From: a virus
Lineage: Duplodnaviria; Caudoviricetes
Virus record (IMG/VR): IMGVR_UViG_3300017700_000619
Coordinates: 1-46,612 of that record
Length of the DNA: 46,612 nucleotides
Direction: 5' to 3' (one strand)
Shown here in pieces: positions 8,201 through 16,822 of the stretch (positions are counted from its first letter, which is position 1; each line of letters opens with the position of its first letter). The position numbers and the translations under genes were made by a program. A model generated the notes under the pieces. The model did not search any database. It worked only from the letters and a program-made list of their open reading frames with translations, and was not told the DNA's origin.

Positions 8201-11200
8201 CCCAGCGATTTGAAATCGACCGTGCCGTCTGGGTACATCTCGGTCAGGGCCGCAATCGACAGCTTCGGCGAGCCGGACACCAGCTTGCCGTCAGGACCAA
8301 ACACGGCGCTGAACGGTTCGACCTTCTGGCCCTTGCTGTCGATGCCGCGCGCCAGATAGTTGCGCGCCACGTTGACCTTCTCGGCCATGACCTCGGCGGC
8401 GACTTCTGCGCCCATCGCCTTGCGCTGCTCGCGCGCCTCGGCCTGCAGCCGGCGGATGGCCTTGGAGCGGGCATTGCCCAACCATTTGACATCGCGCAGG
8501 GAGCGCTGGGTCAATGTCGTCTCGGCCTCGGCCGTGGCGTTGGCGTTGGTGGACTGATAGTCGCGCCATTCCGTGTCGGTCATCGCCTCGGGCTTGACTG
8601 TGAACAGCGGGGCGAGAGCGTGGATGTCCTGCGCTTCGGCGATGTCCTGGGCCGAGGCGTACATGCGATCGAGGATCGAGGAGACTTCGGGCGTCAGCTC
8701 GACGGCCAGATCCTTGATTGTCTCGTACACGTTGAGAAGCCACTGGCGGAACTTGTCGAACATGCCGCGCAGCTTCGGGGTAGGGGCCTTGCCCTCCATG
8801 AAGTAGGCTTCGGTCAGCCGCGCGAACTCCTCGTGGAACGGGGTCTTTTCGGCGAACGACAGGGAGTTCCACACGTCCAGCGGGGTCGCGCCGGGCGGGA
8901 GGACTTTCTCGGGGTTGCGCATGGCCTCGTTGAAGAACTTGCGCTCCTCGGGGGAGAGCGGGTTCTCGGGCTGGAAAAGAGGCATGCCCTCCAGGGCTGC
9001 GGCCTTGAGTTCGGGGGTGATGGGGAGGGCGTGGAAGAACTGATGCTCGGCGCGGTATCCTTGCGCGGCCAGCTTAAGGCGTGCGGCGTCCGTGCGCAGC
9101 ATGATCTCCGTGGAGCCGACAACTGCGCCGTATTTTTTGCCCAGCTTGTTGGCTTCGTTCACCAGGATCTTGTCGTAGAATGCGCCACGATTGTCGCCGG
9201 TATCTTCCAGCTCCTGCCCGTTCTGGATGTTGCCCGGTATCCAAGCCACGGAATCATAGCCGTGTTCCGCAGCCCAGCGCACCATACGTTTCAGTACGAG
9301 AGCGGCCCAGCCGTTGTTTTTGAACGGGGCGTTGGGAACACCCTGTGCTACGCGCAGTTCAGCTTCCTGCGCCGCCAAAGATTCGCGGCGCAGCTCGTTT
9401 ATCTGGCTCAGAGCCTGCCCGATGGGCTCAAACTCGGCGTCCGAAATTCCGCCCATAAGCTCTGGGCGCATCGTCGATGTAAACAAAGGCGCCCAGGAGG
9501 CCGCTTTCGCGTCGTCTGTCTTGAGGTCTTCTCGGGCCTCGGCCAGTCGGTCACTGATGTGCGGAGGTACTAACGTTAGCGCGGTAGCGAACGCCTCGTC
9601 GGATCGGGCGACAAGCTTAACCAATTCTATGCCGGCGTCGGCGAACCTAGTTTCCGCGCGTATAACATCGTCTGACAACTTGGCGCGATCCGGCGCAGCA
9701 TCGCCCGCGTACCCCTGTTCCCGCCCCTTCTGATGCCAGTCGCTCTGCACTTCCTCGATAGCCAACACTCGCGAACCGTCCGCACCCTGGCGCGTTTTGA
9801 ACCGCACATGGGCCACCACGTTCGGCTCGTCCCAATGGGTGGACGGGCCTTTGACATCGGGCAGGGTGAGCAGGAGTTCGGTGTAGTCGGTGCCTCCGGG
9901 GAGGGTGAACGAGGGGAACTTTGTGCCGCCCTCCTCCAGCCCTTCGATCTGGCGCGAAATGTTGTCGGCGTTATTTTCGAGCATGCTGATGCGCGCGCGG
10001 ACTCCGGCGTCCCATTCGCTCTCGTCGCTGCCGTGCTCGGCGTATAGGTTTTCCAGGTCGCTGTTCGTGTCGTCGAGATCCTGCTGCAAATCGTCGGTGT
10101 TGCCGACCCGTACCTCCTCAACTTTCACACCATTGCTGGTGAGATAGTTCAGAACATCGGCTTTAGGGACACTGTCGGTATCCAGACTGTCGAGCCAGTC
10201 GAACAGCCCCGTCCACTCGATCTCCTCCTGCTTCACGCCGGCCGTGTTGCGCAACGTGGCTTTCCACTGTGCGGCCGGGGCCGACTTCTGCGTGGACTTC
10301 TCGACGGCGCGTTGCAGCGCCGAGTAGAAGATAGGGCCTTGCGCGTACTTGCCCTCGCGGTGCAGCTTGTACTGCTCGATCAGGTTCTTGTGGCGGTTGC
10401 GCAGCACGCGCACTTGGAGCGCTGCCTTGTCCGACGAGCGGTCAGGATAGACCGCCTCGGCGATGTCCTTGGGGCGTGCGCCCTGGGCCGACATAGCGAT
10501 AACGCGCAGGGTGTCAGGTGACAGGCCGCTGGGTGTCGGGGCTTTCTCGACAATGAAGCCTTTCGCGCGGATGCGCGAGAGCCACACCTTGACCATTTCG
10601 GGCGAGACAGTTGCGTCCTCGCCGCCGAGTTCCTGCGCGATTTCCTCGTTGCTGGCGCCATTGCGCGCCATAACGAAGGCGTTGAACTGGTCTTCCGAAA
10701 GTTGGTCGCGCGCCCGTTCGAGCGTGCCGTCCTCTATGAAGCGTTCTTCGCGGGGGAAGCTTTGGGCATAAACGCCAGCGTTAGCTGAACTGCTTCCTGC
10801 TCCAGCGGTGTCAGCTCCTCGTCCATCTCCGACATTAGCCGGGTTTCCAGGTCGGACGATTGCGGTGACGCGGCGTCGTTTGTGGGTTGCGGGAGATCCG
10901 GCGAAATCGACATTGTCGATTGTGGCATTGCTCAACTCCAGGGCGAAGCCCGGCGCCTTCTCCGGGTTGATAAGCGTGAACACTTGAATGGCAGTCGTTT
11001 CTGAAACGTTAGCGCCTTGCAGCGAATCATAGAACGTCTCAATCCTCGCCTCGTATCCGAGGTCGAAGTTCTTCAACATGAACTCGTAGAACTTGGCTTG
11101 GCTGTCGCCCGATCCTGTGAACACCAGATAGTCGGGCTTGTAGCGCTCGACGTAAGCCTGCAGCGCCACGATTGTCTTGGTAAACACGATGCGGCCCTGA

Positions 11201-14200
11201 CGGGCCTGTTCCGGCGTGACTTTGCCCGTGGGTCGCATCAGCGAGCCCTTGAACATCATGTCCACGGACACGCCTTTGAACTCGCCTTTTTCCTTGGAGC
11301 CCGGCGAAATATTTATCTTGATGTCGGCCGACTTCTGGTCTGGCGTCGACTTGATCTGGAGTTGGCGGGCGCCGCCCAGCAGGGCGACCTCCTCGACTTG
11401 CGTGTCGTACCACTCGCCGCGATCCTGCGGCGTCGCGCCGCGCGCCGCGCGGAAGCTGGAGCTATCGAGCTGCGCGTAGGACTGCTGGTCAGTCAGGGCG
11501 CCCGACCTGTCGTACCAGTGTGCATCCTCGATCGTCTGCCCGTAGCGGATCTGTGCGTGGTCCATGCGCAGGTCGGCATCCGGCAGGTTCTGGTCGCCCA
11601 ACAGCATCCGCGCCTCGGCGTGGGTGTACTCGGCGGGGAAGGCGATGACCCGGCCCTTGTCGGTCTTGAACAGGCGGATAACCGGCAGCTTGCGGTTGTC
11701 GAGCTGCTTCTGCATCAGCGCCTTGACCTGCTCGTCCGTCGCGTTCGGCAGGTAGTTCTCGTAGAAGGTCAGCGCCCAGAGCGTATCTGCCTGCGCGTAG
11801 GACTGGCCCGGCCCCGGCTCGCCCGGTGCAACCTTGAGTTGCGTCAGCAGTTCCTGCGTGTCGTCGAGCAGGCCCTGCTCGTCCGGCGTCAGCGTCTCGC
11901 TGTTGCGGGTGCGCTCCAGCAGTTTGGACGCGGCCGTGACATGGACCTCCAGGAAGTGGTGGCCGATCTCGTGCAGGAAGGTCGAGAGGTCGGCTGTGCG
12001 CAGCAGGCCCAGCGTTGCGGTGCTGGGGGCGTATTCGCCTTTATTGCGTTGATCGAGCTTGGTGGTCGTGCGCCCTTCGGCGCTCTTGTTGTTCGGGACG
12101 CCGCGCGTTTCCTTCCACGCCTTGCGCAGGCGCGAGGCTTGCGGCGCGCTCAGGTTCAACTGCTCAGCGATATCGCCCGTGCGCGCGTCGGGGTTGGCGT
12201 CGAGGTAGGCGAAACCTGCCTCCTGCGCCATACCTTCGGCGGTCTGCCCGGCCGGGGCTTGCTCGTTGCCGGTGCCGTTGTTGGCGGTCTGCTCGCGCAC
12301 AGCCTCGCCCGCCAGCATCTCGCCGACGATCTTGAGCGGGTATTGCTCGAACGCTTCCTCCGGCGTGATGCCAAGGCGCGCGGCCAGCGTGCCGTAGCCG
12401 TTGGCGGTGAGCTGCGAATAGAGCCGGTTCGGCTCGCCGACAAAGCGGCCCGCCGCCTTGAGTTGCTGCTCAACCGTGGCGCGCACAGTCTCGACGCCGG
12501 CGGCGAAGCCCTCTTTCTCCTGCGCAACCTGCGTCAGTTTCTCGGCCTGGTGCAGCAGCCGCTGGCGCTGCTCCTCCGGCATGGCCTGCTGTTCCGTCTC
12601 GGTCGCAGCGAACGGCGACGTGGTGACGTTCTGGAGGAACACGTCGGAGTTGTCGCGGCCCGCCACCTTCTCGGTGAACGTGCCGACCGGGATCTGCAGC
12701 GGGGCGCCGGAAGCCAGCGAAGTCTCGATCTGGGCTTCTACGCCCATCTCGGTCGCCAGGGCTTCGGGCGTCTTGCCCTCGCTCTGGGCGATCTGGGCGA
12801 AGGCTTCGGGCTGGATATAGACCGAGGTTAGCGGCGTGTCCTGCGCCATCTCGTCGATCGTCTTGGTGAACTCGGCCGGGTTGCGCTCGCGCAGTTTGCT
12901 CTCGCTCGCCGCGGTCACGAGTTCCTTGAGGGCGTCGATGCCGCCCTCGGCCATGGTCTTCTCGCGCGCCTCGCGCTCCTTGCCCTTCTGGACCTGATCG
13001 CCGACCATGTCGGCGGTCTTGATGACCGAGGTCTGCAGGACAGTCCCAACGGCCGTGGCGATCAGCGTCTGGAACGCAGCCTCAGGCCGTTCCGCCAGGA
13101 ACTCGCCGACCGTCTTTTCGGGGTTGAGATAGGCCCACTCGGTCGCGTCCTGCAACAGGGTCGCGGCCTGTTCGGTCGGAACTTCGGCGGCAAGCTGGCG
13201 CAGGACGACCTGGCCGAACGGGGTTTTCTCGGCGATGTCCTTGACCAGCAGGTGGAAGGGCAGACGCTCGGTCAGGCTCTCGATCATGCCCTGCTGCCCG
13301 CCGAACATGGCGGCGTCGAACGGCGCCAGTCCCTCATCGCGCGCCTGGCCGTAGGAGATGCCGCCCGTGGTCGCGCTCATGCCGAGCAACGCCAGTTCCG
13401 GGTTGCCGGTACCGATGGCCGCCGCCATCCATGCGAGCGAGGAGCCGGCCGAACGCACGCCCGACAGTACGCTGTCGGCCGTCAGGTTGCCGGTCTGGGG
13501 TTGGAGCTTGTCGCCCAGCTCCTTGCCGAACTTGCGACCGCCTTCGGCCCACGCAGCGACGCGGGGCAGGAGGGCGCTGGGGTCCTGCGCGGGGTTGCCC
13601 TCGCGGGCGATCCGGTTGGCTTCCTCAGGGTTGCCGGCGATGGCAGCAAGCGCAGGGGACGGCGAGCGTAGGAACTCGTCCAGGAGTTCGGCGGCGCCCT
13701 GGAGGATGCCTGACGGGGCCTGGATAGCGGCGTCGACAACGCCCGCAGCCGCAGCTTGCGGCGCGCCAAGGATGACCTTGGGGCCGGAGTCAGCAACAGC
13801 CTCGCTGGTGTTTTTGTAGAACCCGCGCATCCCGGCGCGGAATGTCTCTTCCGGCGTCAGCGTGCGCAGGGTCTTTTCGATGCCTGTAAGCGCCTTGACA
13901 TCGTCGGCGGCAAGACGGGCGAAGTCCTGGTCGGTGTATTTCTTGCGCAGGATTGGCGTGTCTTTGGTCTGGGTCAGGACGCCGAGTTCGCGCGCCATGC
14001 GCGAGACTTCCTCGGAACCGAGCGCGCGGAGCGCGGCGGCGGGCTTGCCCGTCAGGGTCGCCAGCCGGTTGATCGTGGCCTCCTGGTCGGCGTTGTCGTC
14101 CAGGGTGGCGTCGAGCGCGGCGCGCACCTTGCCGTCTTGTTCGGGACCGCCGCGGCCGTAGACTGGCGTAGCGGGCGGGCCTGTCTCAGGGACAAGAGGC

Positions 14201-14466
14201 TTGCTCAGATCCTCGCCGGGGCGCTGCTCGGAGATGCCGAGCGGGGTGTAGTCGCGCGCCGGGTCGCTGACCGACGGCACAATGGTAGGATCAGCCGTGG
14301 ACGTGAAGTCGGGGCGCTGGGTCGGCGCCGGGCGCGGAGAGGAGCCCTGCACGAGCGCGGAGGCTTTCTCGCGCAGCACGTTAAGCCGCGTCTGACGCTG
14401 CTCGTACTGGCGTTGTTCGTACTTCCGCTGGTCCTGCAGACCTTTGGTGAAATCGTCTTCCGGCAT
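5221..14466 (-). CDS. Giant ejection / internal virion protein (large polyvalent protein) with a split zincin-like peptidase domain and inserted cargo modules
   Basis: 3081 aa; lies after two other internal proteins and before the tailspike; HEIGH at aa 832 and HEEFAR...EGKAP at aa 1878; HTH modules. Confidence 0.85.
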   Translation of the reverse strand: MPEDDFTKGLQDQRKYEQRQYEQRQTRLNVLREKASALVQGSSPRPAPTQRPDFTSTADPTIVPSVSDPARDYTPLGISEQRPGEDLSKPLVPETGPPATPVYGRGGPEQDGKVRAALDATLDDNADQEATINRLATLTGKPAAALRALGSEEVSRMARELGVLTQTKDTPILRKKYTDQDFARLAADDVKALTGIEKTLRTLTPEETFRAGMRGFYKNTSEAVADSGPKVILGAPQAAAAGVVDAAIQAPSGILQGAAELLDEFLRSPSPALAAIAGNPEEANRIAREGNPAQDPSALLPRVAAWAEGGRKFGKELGDKLQPQTGNLTADSVLSGVRSAGSSLAWMAAAIGTGNPELALLGMSATTGGISYGQARDEGLAPFDAAMFGGQQGMIESLTERLPFHLLVKDIAEKTPFGQVVLRQLAAEVPTEQAATLLQDATEWAYLNPEKTVGEFLAERPEAAFQTLIATAVGTVLQTSVIKTADMVGDQVQKGKEREAREKTMAEGGIDALKELVTAASESKLRERNPAEFTKTIDEMAQDTPLTSVYIQPEAFAQIAQSEGKTPEALATEMGVEAQIETSLASGAPLQIPVGTFTEKVAGRDNSDVFLQNVTTSPFAATETEQQAMPEEQRQRLLHQAEKLTQVAQEKEGFAAGVETVRATVEQQLKAAGRFVGEPNRLYSQLTANGYGTLAARLGITPEEAFEQYPLKIVGEMLAGEAVREQTANNGTGNEQAPAGQTAEGMAQEAGFAYLDANPDARTGDIAEQLNLSAPQASRLRKAWKETRGVPNNKSAEGRTTTKLDQRNKGEYAPSTATLGLLRTADLSTFLHEIGHHFLEVHVTAASKLLERTRNSETLTPDEQGLLDDTQELLTQLKVAPGEPGPGQSYAQADTLWALTFYENYLPNATDEQVKALMQKQLDNRKLPVIRLFKTDKGRVIAFPAEYTHAEARMLLGDQNLPDADLRMDHAQIRYGQTIEDAHWYDRSGALTDQQSYAQLDSSSFRAARGATPQDRGEWYDTQVEEVALLGGARQLQIKSTPDQKSADIKINISPGSKEKGEFKGVSVDMMFKGSLMRPTGKVTPEQARQGRIVFTKTIVALQAYVERYKPDYLVFTGSGDSQAKFYEFMLKNFDLGYEARIETFYDSLQGANVSETTAIQVFTLINPEKAPGFALELSNATIDNVDFAGSPATHKRRRVTAIVRPGNPANVGDGRGADTAGAGSSSANAGVYAQSFPREERFIEDGTLERARDQLSEDQFNAFVMARNGASNEEIAQELGGEDATVSPEMVKVWLSRIRAKGFIVEKAPTPSGLSPDTLRVIAMSAQGARPKDIAEAVYPDRSSDKAALQVRVLRNRHKNLIEQYKLHREGKYAQGPIFYSALQRAVEKSTQKSAPAAQWKATLRNTAGVKQEEIEWTGLFDWLDSLDTDSVPKADVLNYLTSNGVKVEEVRVGNTDDLQQDLDDTNSDLENLYAEHGSDESEWDAGVRARISMLENNADNISRQIEGLEEGGTKFPSFTLPGGTDYTELLLTLPDVKGPSTHWDEPNVVAHVRFKTRQGADGSRVLAIEEVQSDWHQKGREQGYAGDAAPDRAKLSDDVIRAETRFADAGIELVKLVARSDEAFATALTLVPPHISDRLAEAREDLKTDDAKAASWAPLFTSTMRPELMGGISDAEFEPIGQALSQINELRRESLAAQEAELRVAQGVPNAPFKNNGWAALVLKRMVRWAAEHGYDSVAWIPGNIQNGQELEDTGDNRGAFYDKILVNEANKLGKKYGAVVGSTEIMLRTDAARLKLAAQGYRAEHQFFHALPITPELKAAALEGMPLFQPENPLSPEERKFFNEAMRNPEKVLPPGATPLDVWNSLSFAEKTPFHEEFARLTEAYFMEGKAPTPKLRGMFDKFRQWLLNVYETIKDLAVELTPEVSSILDRMYASAQDIAEAQDIHALAPLFTVKPEAMTDTEWRDYQSTNANATAEAETTLTQRSLRDVKWLGNARSKAIRRLQAEAREQRKAMGAEVAAEVMAEKVNVARNYLARGIDSKGQKVEPFSAVFGPDGKLVSGSPKLSIAALTEMYPDGTVDFKSLGYGKYGMLAKDGLHPDVLAPILGYESGDALVKDLLTAEPAKEKISGITDQRMLERYGDLVDDASIARAADEAVHSGLRARVLAGEYAALTAALGERKLLNEAAREAAIRIVARLNASKLNPAKFVAQERRAGRAAEEAVRKNDLAGAAAAKRDQLLNFHIAREVYAKQKERDAALNKFRQILTAKRDTVAKSRNFDLVQASRAVLSAYGLARMKNQPVTYLDAVKRYDPQLYASLEPTLLAAFTNNRKLTDLTVEQFLGMRDVVVQLWDLSRESMLVQINGQKLDLDDVATQIATLLESRGADGAKGITKAPTAWQRTLRIGEAWLAALRRVEAWARTVDGDTPGPMTKFLWRPVNQAATEYRLDLGKYITRFRELFAPMEAKLDGKQIAAPELGYTFRNRAELLHALLHTGNQSNKRKLLLGRRWGAERQDGSLDTGRWDQFVTRMAREGVLTVEDYQFAQGVWDLLEQIKPLAQQAHRHVFGRYFAEVTADPVQTPFGEFRGGYIPAVYDDFYVADASMRAAQNALESHDSTMFPAPASGFTQARVEYNKVLHLDLRLLGSHIDKVLKFAHMAAPVRDVLRIISTEKVKRLLDDFHPTAREDLLGPWLVRSARQTNEMPLGGKAGRGVSAFANGLRRRSSMGLMFANIANVVQQPTGLFNAAAYKGVRKRYIAQGLARYLRDPKGVHEAVVAASKTIENRSTAQAIAMRDAIDSIVEAKGKYAKAVNWFERHTYFAQTALQNIQDVIVWLGGYESAKARGLSEDDAAKFGDAVVRQTQGDQTPESISRIETGTGWQKLLLGMYGYFNMWANQLSTEFRSAMRDLGLKSGKGRLAYIYIVGFAAPALLAQLVVDMIRGDVPDDDDEPLEYWLSWFFGTQAKTAAAMVPFAGSAAIAGVNAFNDKPYDDRVLSSPAISVLETSIRVPVDIYDYFMGQGDASRTIKDTLTLATLLTGVPFQALARPLGYAADVAEGDVEPKDGVDYARGLVAGR

Positions 14467-16197
14467 TTACTCGTCCACCAAATAGTCGCCCGCCTCGAAT
14501 ACGTCCACCAGAGCGCGCCGGTAGTTCTCCGGCGTCGCTTCCCAGCCTTGTTCCTGCATGTACGTGAGTGCGCGTTGCCCGTCCGGCGACGTGGTCGGCA
14601 CGCTCGGCGCGATGCCGCGCCCCCGCATGAAGTCGGCCGTTTGCTTGCGGTCGTAGCCGCTCACGAACTGCGCAGCGTTGCGGCGCACGAAAGCGTCCAT
14701 CTCGGCCGGCGGGATGATCTTGCCCGTGGCGGCCTGCTGCTTCGCCACACCTGTCTCAAGCGCCGAGCGTAGGCGAGCGAGCTTGACCCGGTCGGCATTG
14801 TCGAGATCGTCGCTGTAGACCTTGAGGCCGAAGTCGGCGGCGATCGACTGGAACAGATCGTTATCGATCTTGCCGGCGGCGAGCCCGGCTTTCTCCTGCT
14901 CCTCGGTGAGCTGCCGCTTGCGGGTCAACACCTGGTTGGTGAGGGCTCGCCCGTAAAACGGCTCCAGCGCCGTGATCTGCGTCGGAGTCATCTTACGGAC
15001 TTGCTCGTCGTCATTCATCAGTGCGCCCCACGCGGCCCAGGCTGCGTCGGACACGGTCGCGCCGCTTTCGGCACGGGACAGGAAAGTCGATTTCAGGCTG
15101 GCCTGCGTATCGCCGGGGAGAGACAGCCAAGCGCTCGTACCTTCCACCGAGGCCAGAGATTGGCCGCCGAGTAGCTGTTTCCAAACCGCGTTGACATTGC
15201 CTGCATTCTGCTCGGTCTCCTGGAACTCGTGGTCCTGGATACGCTGCGAGAGTTCCGCACGCGCAGCTTTCAGTTGCTCCGGTTGGTCGGCGTATTTCGC
15301 CCGAAGCTCTGAATCAATCTTGGCCTTGTTAACGGGCGCATTCGTGCGAAGCGGGTTCTTCGCCAGAACCTCGTCGACGGCGCCGATGGCCTCGGCCGCG
15401 CTGAACGCGGTGTCCAGCTTGGCCTTGATGGCCTTGGCGTCGATCGCGTTGTAATCGGTTTCATGGGCGGCGAAGTACGCCTTGGCGCCGGCAATGTTCT
15501 TGCCGTCCATCATCGTCTCGATAACGCCCGTGTGCATCTTGCCCATGGTCGCCTTGACCGCCACGTCCAGGCTCTCGCCGTCGAGACCAGCGGCCTGGGC
15601 CGTTGCGGTAGCGGCGTCGCGCGCCCGGCTGGTGTAGAAGGGCGCGGCCTTGCCAAGGGGGTCGGAAGCGATATCGCTCTGGGACTGGACGATCGTGGCC
15701 TCGCGCACGCTTTGCGCATAGACGACCGATTGCTCGGCCTCGTAAGCCATTGTTTCGTTGCCGAACTTGGCGCGCAGGTCCGCGGCCAGCATGCCGAACT
15801 GTTCGCGCACGGCCTGGTTGCCGAGCTTGTTGGTGATCTCCGACAAGTCCTTGTCGAACTGCTCGCCATAGTAGGCGCCGAGGGGCTTGTCGTTAACGCC
15901 CTTGACCGCAGCACCACCCTTGAGCCGCGTGTAGCCGAGGTCCTTGTCGTATTTCAGACGCTGGGCTGCAGCGCTCGCCTGGTTGAAAGCGTCGTTCAGG
16001 ATGACCTTGTTGGCCTTCTCCTGCTCCTTGGCGAAGAAATCGGCAGCGACGCTGGCACCCTTCTGGATGCCTTGGCCGAGCTGCTGGATCTGCTCGCCGG
16101 GCGCGCGGGCCTGCGCTACCGACAGGGGGCTGTCGGCGCGACCGCGGCGTACATCGGGCGCGACCTGGAACTGATCGTAGACGGGAACCTGTACCAT
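14467..16197 (-). CDS. Internal virion (ejection) protein
   Basis: 576 aa, helical, Ala/Gln-rich; MVQVPVYD start; podovirus synteny. Confidence 0.75.
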   Translation of the reverse strand: MVQVPVYDQFQVAPDVRRGRADSPLSVAQARAPGEQIQQLGQGIQKGASVAADFFAKEQEKANKVILNDAFNQASAAAQRLKYDKDLGYTRLKGGAAVKGVNDKPLGAYYGEQFDKDLSEITNKLGNQAVREQFGMLAADLRAKFGNETMAYEAEQSVVYAQSVREATIVQSQSDIASDPLGKAAPFYTSRARDAATATAQAAGLDGESLDVAVKATMGKMHTGVIETMMDGKNIAGAKAYFAAHETDYNAIDAKAIKAKLDTAFSAAEAIGAVDEVLAKNPLRTNAPVNKAKIDSELRAKYADQPEQLKAARAELSQRIQDHEFQETEQNAGNVNAVWKQLLGGQSLASVEGTSAWLSLPGDTQASLKSTFLSRAESGATVSDAAWAAWGALMNDDEQVRKMTPTQITALEPFYGRALTNQVLTRKRQLTEEQEKAGLAAGKIDNDLFQSIAADFGLKVYSDDLDNADRVKLARLRSALETGVAKQQAATGKIIPPAEMDAFVRRNAAQFVSGYDRKQTADFMRGRGIAPSVPTTSPDGQRALTYMQEQGWEATPENYRRALVDVFEAGDYLVDE

Positions 16198-16763
16198 CAG
16201 TAAGGACCCATGCGGCCAGTGTTGGCGGCCGGCGTCGGAATGGCGTTCTTGCCCATGGCGCCCACGCTGTTGAGCCCGTACCAGGTGCCTGCGACGCTGC
16301 CCGCTTCCGTGAGGAAGGAGGAGAACGCATTCATGCCGGGGTTGATCGAGCCTGCCGTCGCCTTGTTAACGCGCGACGAGCCGCGCAGGTTCGAGGCGTC
16401 CATCTTGTGGCCCCAGGCTTCGCGCACGGCGTTGGCCTTGATCGTGTCGGCGTCCGCGTCGCCGAGCAGGTCGGTTGACGTAATGACAGAAACCGGCGAG
16501 CCGAACGACAGGTCTACGTTGTTGGCGGCATAGCCTGCGATCTGGCGGCCCTTGAGGGCGGCCGTCTGCAAGCGGGAGTTCTGGTATTGCTTTTCGCCTT
16601 TGGCGAGACTGTCGCGCGCCCGGCCCTCGGCCAGCCCCGCGTTGATCTCGTCCATTTCGGCCTGCATCTTCAAGGCCATCTTTTCGCCGGTCGAGGCGTA
16701 ATACGTGCCGACCGTCTTGGCCGCGCCGCCGGCGGCCATAGCGATTACGGATGACATTGCCAC
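16197..16763 (-). CDS. Small internal virion (ejection) protein
   Basis: 188 aa, Ala/Gly-rich, with the Q.A.YAANNVDLSFGSP motif typical of T7 gp14-like proteins; synteny. Confidence 0.75.
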   Translation of the reverse strand: MAMSSVIAMAAGGAAKTVGTYYASTGEKMALKMQAEMDEINAGLAEGRARDSLAKGEKQYQNSRLQTAALKGRQIAGYAANNVDLSFGSPVSVITSTDLLGDADADTIKANAVREAWGHKMDASNLRGSSRVNKATAGSINPGMNAFSSFLTEAGSVAGTWYGLNSVGAMGKNAIPTPAANTGRMGPY

Positions 16764-16788
16764 GTTGTTAAATCCTCAGTGTTGCTGG

Positions 16789-16822
16789 AGCATAGCACCA
16801 GTTACCCGCCGAACTCCACCTC
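16789..16822 (-). promoter_or_regulatory. Variant late promoter GAGGTGGA-N20-TATGCT
   Basis: One mismatch and a spacer one base longer than the four exact copies; directly upstream of the ejection genes. Confidence 0.45.

Noticed and set aside
6001-13671. Long plus-strand ORFs (659, 470, 604 aa) opposite the giant gene, and similar ones such as 20659-22413
   Set aside because: Antisense shadows expected from high-GC codon bias; they have no motifs or ribosome-binding sites.
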